Assembly (NCBI GenBank): GCA_035712285.1
Contig: DASTBA010000044.1
Location: forward strand, 1,954-65,953
DNA from: Gemmatimonadales bacterium
Lineage (GTDB): Bacteria > Gemmatimonadota > Gemmatimonadetes > Gemmatimonadales > GWC2-71-9
Length of the DNA: 64,000 nt
Direction of reading: 5' to 3'
In this document: positions 61,505 through 64,000 of the stretch, piece by piece
Numbering within the stretch: position 1 is the stretch's first letter
Layout: every line of letters begins with the position of its first letter
Made by a program: the position numbers and the translations under genes
The notes under the pieces: generated by a model
Seen by the model: only the letters and a program-made list of their open reading frames with translations
Told to the model about the DNA's origin: nothing
Database searches by the model: none

Positions 61505-63328
61505 TCACGATTTCGCCCGCGCGGCCTGCTCGGCGCTCTCCTGCAGGACCTTCTGGCGGTTGTCCACCACCTTCGCCTGCTGGCGCAGCGCGTCCAGGTA
61601 GTTCCTCACGCGCTCCTGACGGGCCACCCGGATCAGCTGCACCCGGTAGCCATCCAGCTGCTTGACGAACTCGGCCGAGTCGGCCGGTTCGTGCGCCAGC
61701 ACGTTCACCACGTAGAGGCCGGCGGTGGTGTGAATCACCTTGCTGCTCTGTCCGGCCGGGATGCCGAACGCCGCGCCCACGATCTCGGGGATGTCGAGTG
61801 GCGGCGAAACCCGGGTGAAGGGGCCGAATTCGCCGTGGGTGATTCCCAGCGCCTTGGCGGCGTCCGCCGGTGAACTCCCCTCCGACACCCGCTTCAGGTA
61901 GTTGTCCGCGATCACTCCTGCCAGGGCGAACTTCTTCTGGTTCCGGACGGCTTCCTCCACGCCGGTCCGCACGTCGGCGAGGGTCGGTGCGCTCTGGTCC
62001 TTGAGGGAATCGAGCCGGAAGAGATAGTACGCATCCGGCGTCTCGATCACGTCCGAGATCTCGCCGACGGCCGTCTGGAAGGCCCAGATACCGGCATCCG
62101 GCACGACCTGGTTCCCGACCTGGGCCCGCCCGCCCGCCTGCAGCGGCTCGGCGTGCAGGACCTTGAGCTTGAGCCACGCGGCCACGCTGTCGAGGGCCGA
62201 CGGATCGGGCTTGCCGGCGGCGTACTGGTCGAGCGTGTCGAGGCGTGCGTCCATCCGGTCGCGGTTGGCGCCGGCCAGCTCGATCGGGATCAGGATGTGG
62301 CGGCCGGTCGCGGAATCGGCGGTGCGCTTCGTGATCTCGATCAGGTGATACCCGAACGAGGAGAGCACCGGCTCCGACACGGTGTTGAGGGGCAGGGCGA
62401 ACGCCGCGCTGTCGAACGCGGGGTCCATCTGGCCCTTCTTCCAGGTGCCGAGATCGCCGCCCCGCTCCGCCGATCCGGGATCGCCCGACTCCCGGCGGGC
62501 CACCTCGTCGAACGCCACGCCGCCGGCGATCTCCTGGCGCAGGTCCTTCGCACGCTGGAGCGCCGCGGCCGTATCCTGCGCGCTGATCACCCGCGGCACC
62601 GTCACGGCGCTGAGGTAGGCCACCTTGCCGCGCTTGAAGTCGTCGCGGTGGGTGCTGAAATACTGCTCGACATCGGCGTTGGTGATGTGCACCGCCGAGT
62701 CGGGGACCACGTTGCGCGGCACGATCGCGGTGAGGCCGATCTTGACGGTCTCGTGCGCATCCTTCCAGCGCTCCCAGAGCGCTTCATCCGAGAGGTACAC
62801 GTCGGCGGTGACGAGGGCGAGCAGCTTGCTGCGCAGGATCTGCTCCCGCGCCTGGTCCCCCAGCGCCTCGACGTACGGGGCCGACGTGGGCGCCGTCAGC
62901 CAGCGCTGGTACTTGGCGAGGTCGAACTTGCCGTCGGTCTGGAACTGGTCCGACTGGGTGATCTCGGCCGGGGGGCTCTGCTGCAGCACCGCGGCGATTT
63001 CCTCGTCCGTCGCGCCCAGGCCGAACTTCTTGTACTCGCTGTTGAGCACCGCCTGCTGGACCAGCTGGTCCCAGACCTGGTTGCGGATCTGGGTCTGATC
63101 CTCGAGCGAGAGCGCGGTCGGCGAGTTCTGCTGCTGCGCCTGGGTCTGCTGCGACACCAGCGCTTCGTAGGTGCGGGCGTCAATGGACTTGCCGTTGATG
63201 CGGCCGACCTTGCCGGCGCCGCCCAGCGCGCTCAGATCCACGCTGGTGAGCAGGAAGATGACCATCAGGGCGGCGAAGAACACGACGGCGGCCGCCTTCG
63301 CGGCCCGGCTGCGGAAGATCTGGATCAT
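61505..63328 (-). CDS. ppiD: Periplasmic chaperone / peptidyl-prolyl isomerase, PpiD-like (SurA_N + parvulin)
   Basis: N-terminal membrane anchor (AAVVFFAALMVIFLL). The parvulin domain reads FDEVARRESGDPGSAERGGDLG.....MDPAFDSAAFALP...VSEPV.SSFGYHLI. Confidence 0.8.
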   Translation of the reverse strand: MIQIFRSRAAKAAAVVFFAALMVIFLLTSVDLSALGGAGKVGRINGKSIDARTYEALVSQQTQAQQQNSPTALSLEDQTQIRNQVWDQLVQQAVLNSEYKKFGLGATDEEIAAVLQQSPPAEITQSDQFQTDGKFDLAKYQRWLTAPTSAPYVEALGDQAREQILRSKLLALVTADVYLSDEALWERWKDAHETVKIGLTAIVPRNVVPDSAVHITNADVEQYFSTHRDDFKRGKVAYLSAVTVPRVISAQDTAAALQRAKDLRQEIAGGVAFDEVARRESGDPGSAERGGDLGTWKKGQMDPAFDSAAFALPLNTVSEPVLSSFGYHLIEITKRTADSATGRHILIPIELAGANRDRMDARLDTLDQYAAGKPDPSALDSVAAWLKLKVLHAEPLQAGGRAQVGNQVVPDAGIWAFQTAVGEISDVIETPDAYYLFRLDSLKDQSAPTLADVRTGVEEAVRNQKKFALAGVIADNYLKRVSEGSSPADAAKALGITHGEFGPFTRVSPPLDIPEIVGAAFGIPAGQSSKVIHTTAGLYVVNVLAHEPADSAEFVKQLDGYRVQLIRVARQERVRNYLDALRQQAKVVDNRQKVLQESAEQAARAKS

Positions 63329-63423
63329 AACCCTGGCTGGTCACTCCGGATGGGTCGGAAACGAGAATCCCAAGCATAAGCGCGGCGCCGGGAAAAATGA
63401 AGCGGGCCGGGGCATCCGGACAG

Positions 63424-63452
63424 TTGACACCCGGAGAGCGGGTTGCTAACGT
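63424..63452 (+). promoter_or_regulatory. Putative sigma70-type promoter for the downstream TPR gene
   Basis: A perfect TTGACA, a 17-nt spacer, then TAACGT, about 70 nt upstream of the ATG at 63522. Confidence 0.4.
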
Positions 63453-63521
63453 GTCGTGAAGTCCCGCAACGACTTACGGCCCCCGGACGCGGCTCCTTCA
63501 CCCATCCTGACCGGACCAGTG

Positions 63522-64000
63522 ATGTCCACCAGCGAGATCGCCAAACTTGAGAGTCGGTGGCGCGAGAATCGGCAGGGGCTCACCTTTGCGCCGCTCGCCG
63601 AGGCGTACCGCAAGATGGGCGAGCATGCGCGGGCGCTCGAGGTGCTCGGGGAAGGGCTCGCCGTCAACCCGACTTACATCCCCGCGAGCATCGTGCTGGG
63701 CCGGGTGCATCTCGACATGGGCAACGACGCCGGCGCCGAATCGGCATTCGCACGGGTGCTGGAGCTGGATGGCGAGAATGTGATCGCCCTGCGCGCCCTG
63801 GCAGACCTCGCGGAGCGGCAGCACCGCCTGGCCGAAGCGCGCGAGCGGCTGGCAAGCCTTCTCTCGGTGGACCGGGGCAATGACGAGGCCCGCGCCCAGC
63901 TGGCCGCGCTGGAAGCCCGACTCGCATCGGGCGAGAACGAGGCATCGGTCCCATTGGCGGAACCGAGGGCTGGGTCTTTGCCGGGCGACAGCGCCTGGGA
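63522..64000 (+). CDS. TPR repeat protein (5' partial; runs off the window end)
   Basis: Frame-3 reading from ATG 63522 (MSTSEIAKLESRWRENRQGLTFAPLAEAYRKMGEHARALEVLGEGLAVNPTYIPA...) has no stop to position 64000. It is absent from the ORF track, presumably because it is unterminated. Confidence 0.6.
   Translation, partial: MSTSEIAKLESRWRENRQGLTFAPLAEAYRKMGEHARALEVLGEGLAVNPTYIPASIVLGRVHLDMGNDAGAESAFARVLELDGENVIALRALADLAERQHRLAEARERLASLLSVDRGNDEARAQLAALEARLASGENEASVPLAEPRAGSLPGDSAW

Overview
The window is a very GC-rich, densely packed, almost entirely plus-strand stretch of core chromosome from a diderm bacterium. The lipoprotein and TPR-rich gene content suggests Gemmatimonadota or the FCB group, but that is inference only. 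I support about 60 CDS, one tRNA-Leu(CAG), and several intrinsic terminators and sigma70-like promoters.

Recognisable blocks, in order:
- a glycosyltransferase plus a flippase-like membrane protein, then aspA, an Rrf2 regulator and moeB-rhodanese
- tRNA-Leu, smpB, an amidase, pyrD and pyrF
- a detached alpha ribosomal operon (rpmJ-rpsM-rpsK-rpsD-rpoA-rplQ) convergent with rpmB
- nucleotide-sugar genes (gmd, rmd-like, wbpD/E/B/A-like, ugd) interrupted by carB
- bamD-nadD-secA
- a three-gene His-Asp phosphorelay ending in a Ser/Thr kinase
- radC, relA/spoT, an EVE-domain gene and uvrB
- tsaE-tsaB-rimI and ssb
- a complete Tol-Pal cluster
- a 3.5-kb tatC-lptD ORF
- hutH, ispB, tatA and a ppiD-like gene

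I found no rRNA, CRISPR array, transposase, integrase, phage genes or obvious defence system.

The two observations most worth following up are:
- an uninterrupted in-frame fusion of a full TatC to a full LptD-like outer-membrane barrel, joined by a signal-peptide-like segment
- a protein combining an ATPase-less HisKA phosphoacceptor domain, a receiver and a Hanks-type kinase, translationally coupled to a hybrid histidine kinase and a CheY-like protein

The many long antisense or alternative-frame ORFs in the track are high-GC artefacts. All family assignments come from reading motifs by eye, with no database searches.
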